Source of the DNA: an uncultured Fibrobacterota bacterium
GTDB lineage: Bacteria > Fibrobacterota > Chitinivibrionia > Chitinivibrionales > FEN-1185
Assembly: GCA_963753345.1 (NCBI GenBank)
Contig: CAVWBU010000032.1
Location: 128,001 to 192,000, forward strand
DNA: 64,000 bases
Direction: 5' to 3'
Below the pieces are notes generated by a model. The model worked only from the letters and a program-made list of their open reading frames with translations. It did not search any database and was not told the origin of the DNA. The translations under genes were made by a program, and so were the position numbers. Below are positions 29,973 through 38,259 of this stretch, piece after piece; the stretch's first letter is position 1, and every line of letters begins with the position of its first letter.

Positions 29973-30171
29973 TGCTGGGGGCACCGCTTCGCGTTTCCCC
30001 CTCGCTTCGGCCTCCTCGGCCTTCGGCCTGCGGTGTCCTGCGCTACCCCCTCCAGCAAAGGGGCGCGCGAGGTCGCTCGCTTGACGCTCGCGAAGCGTCG
30101 CCCCTTCGCAACGCAACCGTTGCGGAACAACCCCCTCCGCCTTCGGCACCTCCCCCTTAACAAGGGGGAGG
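29973..30171 (+). repeat. Structured repeat family A, copy A2
   Basis: 3' two-thirds like A1/A5; 5' arm nearly identical to the reverse complement of 34425-34476. Confidence 0.85.
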
Positions 30172-30228
30172 ACATTCAATACTGCAGTTATTGATGGTTG
30201 GTGGTTTAAGAAATGGCGACGACCCTGA

Positions 30229-30398
30229 CTGCCGCGCGTTAGGGGCGACTGGAGGCCGCGCTGGAGCGCGGTGCCGCCTGACCACGGCCCGCAGGGCCAT
30301 TGTGGCAGGCGGCCCGAGGCCGAAGGCCGAGACCGGAAGGAGAACCGACCCCCAGTACAGTGGTGCATCCTGCACTACCGTACTGGGGAAACGCCCAA
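30229..30398 (+). repeat. Structured repeat family B, copy B4
   Basis: CTGCCGCGCGTTAGGGGCGACTGGAGG...CGAGACCGGAAGGAGAACCG...AACGCCCAA. Confidence 0.88.
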
Positions 30399-30428
30399 AT
30401 AGTTGTTTTGAAATTCAGATAATGGAAG

Positions 30429-31193
30429 TTATTGATGTCTCTTATGCCACGCTACGACATCGTCGTACTTGAGCGTCCCTCCGAAAATGTCAAGGCTGCT
30501 GCCCACCGTGGCGTCGACCCGGCCGCCACCGAGATCGAGCACACGGTCGAGATCGCCCGTGGATCGTATGCCGCCCGCATAGGTGACGGGCAGCGGCGAG
30601 AATTCTCCGAGGAGTTTCACCAGTCCTTCGTCGATGCCCGAGCGTTTTCCCTCGACGTGCGCGGCGTGGACGAGAAATTCGTCGCAATAGGCCCCGAGCG
30701 TTTCCAGCGTATCTTTCGAAACGGCAACCGACGTGAGCCGCTGCCAGCGGTCGGTTGCTATATAGTAAACTTTATCCTTGAGGATGCAGCTGAGATCAAG
30801 CACCAGCCGCTCTCTGCCCACGAGCGCCGTCATGGCCTTGAGATTTTCCAGGTGGAGGCGTCCCTCTTTGAAAACGTAGGAGGTGACGATCACGTGCGAA
30901 GCGCCCATGTCGAGGTATTTCCGAGCGTTTTCCGGCGTAATGCCGCCGCCGATGTGGAACCCCTGCGGGAATTCGGCCAGAGCGGCGGCCGCCGCGTCGC
31001 GGTTGCCGGGCCCGAGCATGATGACATGCCCGCCCGCAAGGCCGTCGCGTTTGTATAGTGCCGCGAAGTGCGAGGCCGGAAGGTCGGTTGCGAAGTTGGT
31101 GACCAGCGCGTCCGGCTCCGCGTCGGACAGCGTGCTGCCCACGATCTGCTTCACCTTGCCTTCATGCAGATCTATACAGGGACGGAATTTCAT
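30429..31193 (-). CDS. hisA: ProFAR isomerase HisA, His6/eukaryote-like subtype
   Basis: FRPCIDLH.GKVKQIVGSTL, GGHVIMLG, LVLDLSC, DEFLVHA..VEG, TYAGG. Confidence 0.9.
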   Translation of the reverse strand: MKFRPCIDLHEGKVKQIVGSTLSDAEPDALVTNFATDLPASHFAALYKRDGLAGGHVIMLGPGNRDAAAAALAEFPQGFHIGGGITPENARKYLDMGASHVIVTSYVFKEGRLHLENLKAMTALVGRERLVLDLSCILKDKVYYIATDRWQRLTSVAVSKDTLETLGAYCDEFLVHAAHVEGKRSGIDEGLVKLLGEFSPLPVTYAGGIRSTGDLDRVLDLGGGRVDATVGSSLDIFGGTLKYDDVVAWHKRHQ

Positions 31194-31336
31194 GGGTAAG
31201 ATCCTTTGTTATTTTCACTGAAAATATACTTTACCATGACGACATTCGGAAGTACGTCATGACCTTTGGACACCATCATGCAGCAAATATATTTTCTTAC
31301 GAGGACTGCGTTGAACCTACTAGAAAAGGAGAGGGT

Positions 31337-32083
31337 ATGCGTTGTACCATGGTGATTGCCGTATGCGGCGCGCTGCTGCTGGCCGGATGCTCCAAACCCG
31401 AGATGCGATCCGAAGTGATGGACAAGTACCCCAACGGCGCCAAGAAAAAAGAGAACTATGTCATGGTGCTGGGGGCGAAAAAGGACGTGGCGCGCACCGT
31501 GTACTATTTCCAAGACGGCAGCATCCAGTCGGACACGCATTACAAGAAGGGGAAGCCGGACAGCATCATGATCGGCAATTATCCCAACGGCAAGCGGCTG
31601 TTGGAGACCGGATACAAAGAGGGGAAGAAAGACGGAAAGGACGTATCGTGGTATGAGGACGGCAAGGTCAAGACTGAGGCGACCTATGCCTGCGACACGC
31701 CGCTCGGGACCGCCACGGCCTACTTTCCGGACGGGAAAAAATCTTCCGAGATGAGCTTTAAGAACGGTAAGAAGGACGGTGTCGAAACCGTGTGGTTTTC
31801 CAACGGCAACAAGAAGCGCATGACCACCTATGCCGCGGGAAACAAGAACGGCCCGGAAAAGAAATGGCTCGAAAACGGCACGATCGAAATCGAACAGAAC
31901 TATGTCAACGACTTTCTCGACGGCCCGTCCACCGAATACTACGAGAACGGCAAAAAGGAGACCGAGGCGACCTACAAAAACGGCCAGCTTGACGGCGTCA
32001 AGACCATGTGGACCGAGAAAGGAAAGAAACAGGGCGAAGCCACGTACAAGGACGGGAACTTGGTGGAGGGGAAATCGTTTTAA
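31337..32083 (+). CDS. MORN-variant repeat lipoprotein (YwqK-like)
   Basis: LAGC lipobox; about 24-aa repeats Y..G.K..E..YKNG.KDG. Confidence 0.85.
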   Translation: MRCTMVIAVCGALLLAGCSKPEMRSEVMDKYPNGAKKKENYVMVLGAKKDVARTVYYFQDGSIQSDTHYKKGKPDSIMIGNYPNGKRLLETGYKEGKKDGKDVSWYEDGKVKTEATYACDTPLGTATAYFPDGKKSSEMSFKNGKKDGVETVWFSNGNKKRMTTYAAGNKNGPEKKWLENGTIEIEQNYVNDFLDGPSTEYYENGKKETEATYKNGQLDGVKTMWTEKGKKQGEATYKDGNLVEGKSF

Positions 32084-32318
32084 GAAAGAGGTTGAAAGTT
32101 AAAAGTTGAAAGTTGAAAGTGAAGAGAAAAATGGCGTTTTCGCGAGAAGGCGGGGACGCCTTTCTTGTGGGCGATGACAAAACGCGAATCGTGCTTGATA
32201 TTGGGAGAGGGCCGAAATTGATTTGTTGGTGTGGAAAGAGAGAGTCTGGCGCTTGTTGACACGAACACAAGCCCCGCGGACTCATTGTCACGGGAAAAGA
32301 AAGTTCTTGTCTGTTACT

Positions 32319-32909
32319 ATGTCGCGCACAACAGCACACTTCGCTCTCGTTCTGACCGCGGCAGCCGTCCTCCTTTCAGCCTGGCCAGGATCGGCCGTGC
32401 CGCGTTTCGGGGGAGGGATGACCGCCTATTTCAATTATGCCGACATGCCGGTTAGCGAGGGCCGAATCTATGGCCTTGGCTGGGGTCTTGGCGGAATCCT
32501 CAATTGCGGCCTGTCGGACAACTTCCGGATCGGCTGCATGGGCAGCACCTACCGTCTGGACTACGATAATCTCGGAGCACGGGGCAGTTACATCGACTTG
32601 GGGTACGGCGGCATATGCGCGGAATACTGCATTCCGGTAACAACGGGACGTTGTGCCCTTGGCCTCATGCTCGGAGGAGGAGAAGAGACGAACCTTCATA
32701 TATGGACTTCGGCAGGCGGTGACAGCATTTCGGCCCGGTACGGCTCTTTTGGCATGATGATCGGAGCGCCCATGATTTCGTACGAGCACGCTTTGACAAA
32801 GACGATTTTCGCTCTGGTGAGGATCGACTATCTCGTCGGCTTTCACAACGGCACGTTGGAAACGTTCGGAAGCCCGGGGCTGCGCGTGGGGATTATCTTC
32901 AATAAGTAG
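32319..32909 (+). CDS. Exported hypothetical protein, probable small beta-barrel
   Basis: Signal peptide, Gly/aromatic beta-strands, ends VGIIFNK. Confidence 0.6.
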   Translation: MSRTTAHFALVLTAAAVLLSAWPGSAVPRFGGGMTAYFNYADMPVSEGRIYGLGWGLGGILNCGLSDNFRIGCMGSTYRLDYDNLGARGSYIDLGYGGICAEYCIPVTTGRCALGLMLGGGEETNLHIWTSAGGDSISARYGSFGMMIGAPMISYEHALTKTIFALVRIDYLVGFHNGTLETFGSPGLRVGIIFNK

Positions 32910-33054
32910 CAGGAGTAAAGACGGGACGGTGGCGGGTTCGACATAATCATCGATAATTTTTGGCATGGTGACGGGGAGCACCAACGAGTCGCACCGAGTG
33001 CGGGAAGTACCAATACTCTTCTTGCCTTCCCGGTTCTCATAATTCTATATTCAT

Positions 33055-33119
33055 TTTCGAATGATCAGGCGGCTGCCTTGCGCAGCGTAGCCGGGCCGGT
33101 ACAGCGGCAACGGACGAAC
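33055..33119 (+). ncRNA. NiCo (czcD) metal-sensing riboswitch aptamer
   Basis: TGATCAGGC-[GCTGC cttgc GCAGC]-GTAGCCGGGCC..CGGCAAC four-way-junction signature directly upstream of a CDF gene. Confidence 0.8.
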
Positions 33120-33120
33120 A

Positions 33121-33159
33121 GCTCCGTGGGACATAGAAACGTTCCGCGGGGCTTTTTTT
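33121..33159 (+). terminator. Riboswitch expression-platform terminator
   Basis: GCTCCGTGGGAC-atagaaac-GTTCCGCGGGGC-T7 between aptamer and RBS. Confidence 0.8.
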
Positions 33160-33175
33160 GTTTGCGGAGGATCCC

Positions 33176-34072
33176 TTGCAAACCGACCTTTACAAATTTC
33201 TTATCGCTTCCCTTTCCGTGGCCTCCAACCTCCTGCTCGTGATACTCAAGCTGGTGGTGGGATTTTCCATCGGCTCCATATCGGTGATTTCCGAGGCGCT
33301 GCATTCCGGCGTGGATGTTTTTGCCGCGGTTGTGGCCACCATCGGCGTAAAGCGGTCCTCGGAGCCCGCCGACAGGGATCACCGGTTCGGCCACGGGAAA
33401 TTTGAAAGTTTTTCCGGTCTTGTCCAGGCGTTTCTCATTTTCCTTGCGGCGTTCTGGATCGTGTACGAGGCGGTGCGCAGGCTGGCGCATCCGGCGGCAA
33501 TGGGGGAGCTCGGCTGGGGCGTTGCCGTGATGCTGGTTTCCTCTCTTGTCAATACGGTGATCGGCCTTGTGCTCCTCGGCGCGGCGAGGAAGACCGGTTC
33601 CCTTGCCCTCAAGGCCGATGCATGGCATTCCCTCACCGACGTGATCACGTCCGGGGGCGTGTTCCTGGGCCTTGCGGCGGTATGGGTTGGGAGGCGGCTG
33701 TTTCCCGGCGTGGATCTGGCTTGGATCGATCCGGTTGCGGCTGTTGCAGTGTCAGTCCTCATTTTCAAGGCGGCGTGGGACCTCACCCTGGAATCCGCGC
33801 GCGACCTGCTTGACGTGAGCCTGCCGCAGCAGGAAGAAGACGAGATCAGGGCCCTGCTTGCACGCACCTACCCGGACGTGGTTGACTGTCACAAATTTCG
33901 CGGCCGTAAATCCGGCTCGAAACGGTTCGTGGAGTTCCACATCAGGGTCGATCCGGCGATGTCGGTCGAAGCCTCGCATTCCCTGGATCACAGCATCGCC
34001 GCGGAAATCAAGCAGCGGTTTCCTGGCGCGGAGGTGATGGTGCATATCGAGCCGAAGAGGACGGATAAATAA
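33176..34072 (+). CDS. Cation diffusion facilitator (FieF/CzcD family) transporter
   Basis: TTG after GGAGG; SEALHS..D, H.FGHGKFE, ADAWHS.TD, C-terminal VHIEP. Confidence 0.93.
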   Translation: MQTDLYKFLIASLSVASNLLLVILKLVVGFSIGSISVISEALHSGVDVFAAVVATIGVKRSSEPADRDHRFGHGKFESFSGLVQAFLIFLAAFWIVYEAVRRLAHPAAMGELGWGVAVMLVSSLVNTVIGLVLLGAARKTGSLALKADAWHSLTDVITSGGVFLGLAAVWVGRRLFPGVDLAWIDPVAAVAVSVLIFKAAWDLTLESARDLLDVSLPQQEEDEIRALLARTYPDVVDCHKFRGRKSGSKRFVEFHIRVDPAMSVEASHSLDHSIAAEIKQRFPGAEVMVHIEPKRTDK

Positions 34073-34073
34073 A

Positions 34074-34259
34074 TTGGGCGCCCCGCCGCTTCGCGGCGGC
34101 GGCCCTCCTTCCAGGCTCGGCTGGTCAGCCTCGTTGCCGGACCGCTCCGAGTCGCCTGCGGCGAGGGGTCGGCCGGCAATTCGCTCCAGATCACCTTTCA
34201 GTCCGGCCTGGCGCGCGGCAGAAGAACTCCTATTAGGCAATTGCTTCTTCTCGCGCCAA
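34074..34259 (-). repeat. Structured repeat family B, copy B5
   Basis: Minus strand TTGGCGCG..CTGCCGCGCGCCAGG...CGAGCCTGGAAGGAGGGCCG...GGCGCCCAA; close to B2. Confidence 0.85.
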
Positions 34260-34359
34260 ACGGTGCTCCAAATACGCATACGTAAACGCGTTAGCGCGTC
34301 TAAGCGTATATGAGTCACCATCTCAACTCCTCAACTTTTCAACTATTCAACTCACTTTC

Positions 34360-34488
34360 TTGGTGCCCCCGCAGCCGAAGCTTCTTTCTTGCCAATCAAC
34401 TTGCTTGGGGGCTACCAACGAAGGGGTAGCGCAGGACACCGCAGGCCGAAGGCCGAGGAGGCCGGAGCGAGGGGGATACTTCCCCCGC
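34360..34488 (-). repeat. Structured repeat family A (subtype 2), copy A3
   Basis: Minus strand GGGGGAAGTATCCCCCTCGCT..CGCTACCCC.TCGT.GGTAGCC...GGCACC, matching 54225-54372. Confidence 0.8.
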
Positions 34489-34590
34489 ATCAATCGTCTT
34501 TGTATGCTAAAATCACCAAGACATGTCTAAATCGAAATATTTGCAATTATCCCCCCGTAATGAGTATACTTACTAATTGGAAAGAAAACC

Positions 34591-34998
34591 ATGCTCTCCA
34601 TCCTGACCGCATTAACAGCCTCAGTATTTCTGAGCGTCTCTTCGCCCGGCGTCAATGCCGGCGGGGAAGTTCAGGCGGTGCAGCCATGCTGCCATTGCGC
34701 ATGCTGCAAGGGCGGGGTTTGCAAATGCGGGATGAACAAGACGCAGGCCCCCGTTTCCAAGGCGTCCCAACCCGCCGAACAAAAAGGCCCTTGTTGCGGA
34801 AACTCAAATTCGGTTCCTCATCCGGAAGACAATGCCGTTCTTTCTTTTAGTCCAAGGATTTCGAACGAATTGCAGAGTATAGTGAGTGCTCCGGCATTTG
34901 TTTCAATTGCCGCTTCCCGGTACTTTCAGGTTCGTAGGCTTCCGAGTATTTCATTGTCACCTCCAGGTTCATCCCGCTCGATTCCCCTGCGTATTTGA
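34591..34998 (+). CDS. Cys-rich small protein (DUF2946/CzcI-like leader) heading the copper cluster
   Basis: Hydrophobic N-terminus, CCHCACC..C.C and CC clusters, C-terminal SPP....PLRI. Confidence 0.6.
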   Translation: MLSILTALTASVFLSVSSPGVNAGGEVQAVQPCCHCACCKGGVCKCGMNKTQAPVSKASQPAEQKGPCCGNSNSVPHPEDNAVLSFSPRISNELQSIVSAPAFVSIAASRYFQVRRLPSISLSPPGSSRSIPLRI

Positions 34999-35114
34999 CC
35001 GCTTTTTGCGCCTCGTTTTCATTTCTTGAGAAGATGCAACGGAACACGGTATTGTTGTGATCATTCTGTAGTGGCACACAAATTGCGGTCTTCTATTAGT
35101 TGGTGGTTGAGGTG

Positions 35115-35178
35115 AATCCCATAACGAGCGACTTGTGTCATTGGCCTTTTCCTCGCAGCTTGCTACGGGGTTCTTCAA
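35115..35178 (+). repeat. Hairpin-TTCAA element, copy P2
   Basis: AATCCCATAACGAGCG...TCCTCGCAGCTTGCTACGGGGTTCTTCAA. Confidence 0.6.
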
Positions 35179-35214
35179 TCAAAACCGTAGCTTTTCAAGA
35201 TAAAGGAGGATAGG

Positions 35215-35970
35215 ATGAAGACAATAATCGTCGGAAAAGTTTTTTCAATCATCGTCGGCGTGGCCTTCGTCGCATGCGCCGCCGGTTCGCCGGCAAACTC
35301 CGGAAGAGGCGGTGATTATGTGACGGTAACGAACATTCTTGAACAAGTCGGCATTCCCAAGGAGGCGATCTGGGAGGTTGCCCATTTCGAAGGAGACAAA
35401 GTCGTAGAGCTTGATTTTTCGGTGAAGTTTGAAGTCGTTCAGGACCCCACGGCTTACAACGTCATCGAGGACACCGTATACCGGTTCAGGCCGTTTAGAT
35501 CCCTTCCGTCAAGTATCGGAGACCTTGCAAGGCTGAAAAAACTCAATCTGGATGGGAATGATCTCACCACATTGCCCGATCAAATCGGCAAGCTCACGCA
35601 GCTTCAAGTCCTTTCGGTGCGCCATAACCAGCTTGAGAAGTTACCAGCGTCGATGGGAGATCTTGCGAACTTGAGGATTTTGGACCTGAAGGGGAATGAT
35701 TTGCGCTCCCTGCCCCCGTCGGTCAGGGGTTGGAAAAGTATGGTAACGCTCAACCTAGCCTCGAACAATCTACGGGACCTTGGCGATGAAATTGGGGATT
35801 TGTCAACCCTGAAATACTTGTTTCTGGAGGGGAACCCGTTACGAGCGCTGCCCCGGAGCATCACGTCGCTCAAGCTGAGGCAGTTCGATGTACGATATGC
35901 GGGTTTGCGGAGAATCGATCGTCAGACGCGTGAATGGGTCAGGGCCAATAACGACGAGTTCTCGGAATAA
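35215..35970 (+). CDS. Leucine-rich-repeat protein, probable lipoprotein
   Basis: RBS AGGAGG; AFVAC; 23-aa repeats LP..IG.L..L..L.L..N.L. Confidence 0.88.
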   Translation: MKTIIVGKVFSIIVGVAFVACAAGSPANSGRGGDYVTVTNILEQVGIPKEAIWEVAHFEGDKVVELDFSVKFEVVQDPTAYNVIEDTVYRFRPFRSLPSSIGDLARLKKLNLDGNDLTTLPDQIGKLTQLQVLSVRHNQLEKLPASMGDLANLRILDLKGNDLRSLPPSVRGWKSMVTLNLASNNLRDLGDEIGDLSTLKYLFLEGNPLRALPRSITSLKLRQFDVRYAGLRRIDRQTREWVRANNDEFSE

Positions 35971-36022
35971 TTTGCGCCTGTTTTCACCTCAACCCCATTT
36001 CTTATCTACAAGGGAGGGGCTA

Positions 36023-36430
36023 ATGTTTATTTTCACTAAAGCTGCCGTGTGCGCAGCCGCGGTGTTTTGTATCGGCGCCATGGTGTCGTACGGTCAGGAT
36101 CAGGCCAAGGACACAACCATGCCTATGCACATGAACATGCCCGCCGGTCATATGTCAATGAAAGCCCATCACCAGGGCAATGATTCGGCAATGTCCATGC
36201 GTGAGACCAAGAGGAAAGCCACGCCCGTGAAAAAGCAGAAGCTCGCGCCGCAGACAACGTGTCCGGTCCGGGGCGATCCGATCAACAAGGACGTGTACGT
36301 CGATTACAAAGGCAAACGGGTCTATTTCTGTTGCGCCGGATGTCCGAACGTGTTCAATAAAGATCCGGAAAAATATCTCAAAATCCTTGCCGACCGCGGC
36401 GAGGCGCCAATTGATATCCCAAAGAAATAA
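36023..36430 (+). CDS. Exported YHS-domain protein with Met/His-rich region
   Basis: Signal peptide, MPMHMNM, CPVRG...YVDYKGKRVYFCC..C...F.KDPEKY. Confidence 0.85.
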   Translation: MFIFTKAAVCAAAVFCIGAMVSYGQDQAKDTTMPMHMNMPAGHMSMKAHHQGNDSAMSMRETKRKATPVKKQKLAPQTTCPVRGDPINKDVYVDYKGKRVYFCCAGCPNVFNKDPEKYLKILADRGEAPIDIPKK

Positions 36431-36466
36431 CGCTAGAATGGAACGATTGGTTGATCGTGCATGTGA

Positions 36467-36865
36467 TTGGAGGCGACCGTGATCTCGTACGGATATGTCA
36501 AGGAAGTGGACCGGCCGTTCGAAGAGGTGCTCCAGCAATTGCCGAAGATCCTGGAAAAGGAAGGCTTCGGCGTGGTCAGCACAATCGACATCGGGCAGAA
36601 GCTGCGGGACAAGCTGGGCGTTGACTTCCGCAAGTACGTCATTCTTGGTGCCTGCAAACCTCCGAGCGCGTACAAGGCTTTGTCCGTTGAAGAGAACATC
36701 GGGCTGATGCTCCCGTGCAATGTCATTGTGTACGACAGAGACGGCACCACGGTTGTTGGGACAATTCGGCCGGAAGTAGTGATGAGAACCATCGGCAATC
36801 CCGCTCTGGAGCCGGTTGCTGCCGAGGTCGAGGCGTCCCTCAAACGGGTGTTCGAAGCAATTTGA
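36467..36865 (+). CDS. DUF302 family protein
   Basis: EGFGV...ID, YVILGAC.P, IGLMLPCNVIV. Confidence 0.88.
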   Translation: MEATVISYGYVKEVDRPFEEVLQQLPKILEKEGFGVVSTIDIGQKLRDKLGVDFRKYVILGACKPPSAYKALSVEENIGLMLPCNVIVYDRDGTTVVGTIRPEVVMRTIGNPALEPVAAEVEASLKRVFEAI

Positions 36866-36888
36866 CAATCAGAAGGAACCTTGTTCCG

Positions 36889-38259
36889 ATGACAACACTA
36901 CCCAAAGTTGGTTCAACGCGCTTTCGGAAATCTTTTGGTCGTGCAACGGGCGCGCTATGGTGCTGCTTATTTCTTTCAACAGCCAGCGTTTTTTCCCAGC
37001 AGGACAGCGCGCCTGTGGTGCTTGCGGCCAATTATCAGATCATGAAGTCCCAGCTCAACGGTCTCATTGACGAAGCCATCAAAAACAATCCAAGCCTCAA
37101 AGCGGCCGGGAATAAGATCGATGCGGCAAAGGCTTCGGTACGTTACGCAAAAAGCCTGGACCCGCCGCAGATCGCCGTTGAGTTTTATAATTCTCCTATA
37201 GCCTCATTTCCGAATCCGTTCAAAGATCAAATGGAATACGACTACTCTATCCAGCAGATGTTTCCGTTTCCCGGAAAGCTCGGCTCCATGGCAAGAGCAG
37301 AGCAAAAACGGGCCGGGATGTTCACGGCCGACCGGCAAACACTGCAACAGGACATTGTCCGCAATGTAAAGACACTCTACTTTGATTTATATCTGAAAAA
37401 CCGGCAAGTGGAAATCAATCATGAAACCCGAATGCTTGTCCGCGAATTCGTTGACATTGCGCGAAAGCAATATGAACTCGGCATGGGCAAACAATCCGAC
37501 ATACTGCGGGCACAGACCGAGCTGTCGGCGCTTGGGAACGACAGCATCGTGCTCGTTCAACAGCGAAGATCGATGGAAGGGATGTTCAATGCCGTGTGCA
37601 ACAGGCCGGTAACAACCGAGATCGGCTTTATCCCGGAAATTGAGCCGGAGATGCCGGACTATGATTTGAACTCGTTGCTTGGCATGGCGGAAAAGAACCG
37701 GCCCGAGCTGAAATCCATGCAGTACGATGTTGAAATGAAGCAGGCCGAGCGACTGGCTTCCGGTAAGGAATATTTGCCGGATTTCATGGTACGCGGGATG
37801 TACAAACAAATGACATCGGCCCCAGACGACTGGAGCCTCATGGTTGGCGCCACGGTCCCGATCGCTCCTTGGTCGTTGGGGAAAAATTCAGCAGGGACTG
37901 CCCGCAGCGACGCGAATATCAAGACGGCGCAGGGTGAGCTCGATAACATGAAGAACATGATAGCTTCGGAAGTCAATGATGCGCTCTTGAAGGTTGAAAG
38001 CAGCAAGGAACGGCTGAGACTAAGCAAGGAAACCACCATTCCGCAAGCGCAGCAGACGCTCATGAGCGCAATGGCTGCATACAAAACGGGAAAAGAGGAA
38101 TTTCTCATGCTGATTGATATTCAAAGAATGCTTGCCATGGCAAAGCTGGATTATCACATGGCCGTCATGAATCTTCTTGATAGTCATAGCCAGCTTGAAC
38201 GTGCGGTTGGGCTGAGTATTGAGGAGATCGGACAATCGCCAAAAGGAGGCCGTCAATGA
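36889..38259 (+). CDS. TolC/CusC-family outer membrane efflux protein
   Basis: NNPSL, QMFPFPGK, NRPEL, YLPDF, LERAVG; start uncertain. Confidence 0.88.
   Translation: MTTLPKVGSTRFRKSFGRATGALWCCLFLSTASVFSQQDSAPVVLAANYQIMKSQLNGLIDEAIKNNPSLKAAGNKIDAAKASVRYAKSLDPPQIAVEFYNSPIASFPNPFKDQMEYDYSIQQMFPFPGKLGSMARAEQKRAGMFTADRQTLQQDIVRNVKTLYFDLYLKNRQVEINHETRMLVREFVDIARKQYELGMGKQSDILRAQTELSALGNDSIVLVQQRRSMEGMFNAVCNRPVTTEIGFIPEIEPEMPDYDLNSLLGMAEKNRPELKSMQYDVEMKQAERLASGKEYLPDFMVRGMYKQMTSAPDDWSLMVGATVPIAPWSLGKNSAGTARSDANIKTAQGELDNMKNMIASEVNDALLKVESSKERLRLSKETTIPQAQQTLMSAMAAYKTGKEEFLMLIDIQRMLAMAKLDYHMAVMNLLDSHSQLERAVGLSIEEIGQSPKGGRQ

Noticed and set aside
31337-32083. YwqK-like protein as a toxin-antitoxin component
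   Set aside because: It has a lipoprotein signal and no adjacent toxin gene; only the MORN-variant repeat is supported.
34547-34568. CsoR/RcnR operator in the copper-cluster promoter
   Set aside because: C-tract present but dyad symmetry is weak and no cognate regulator is in the window; not called as a feature.
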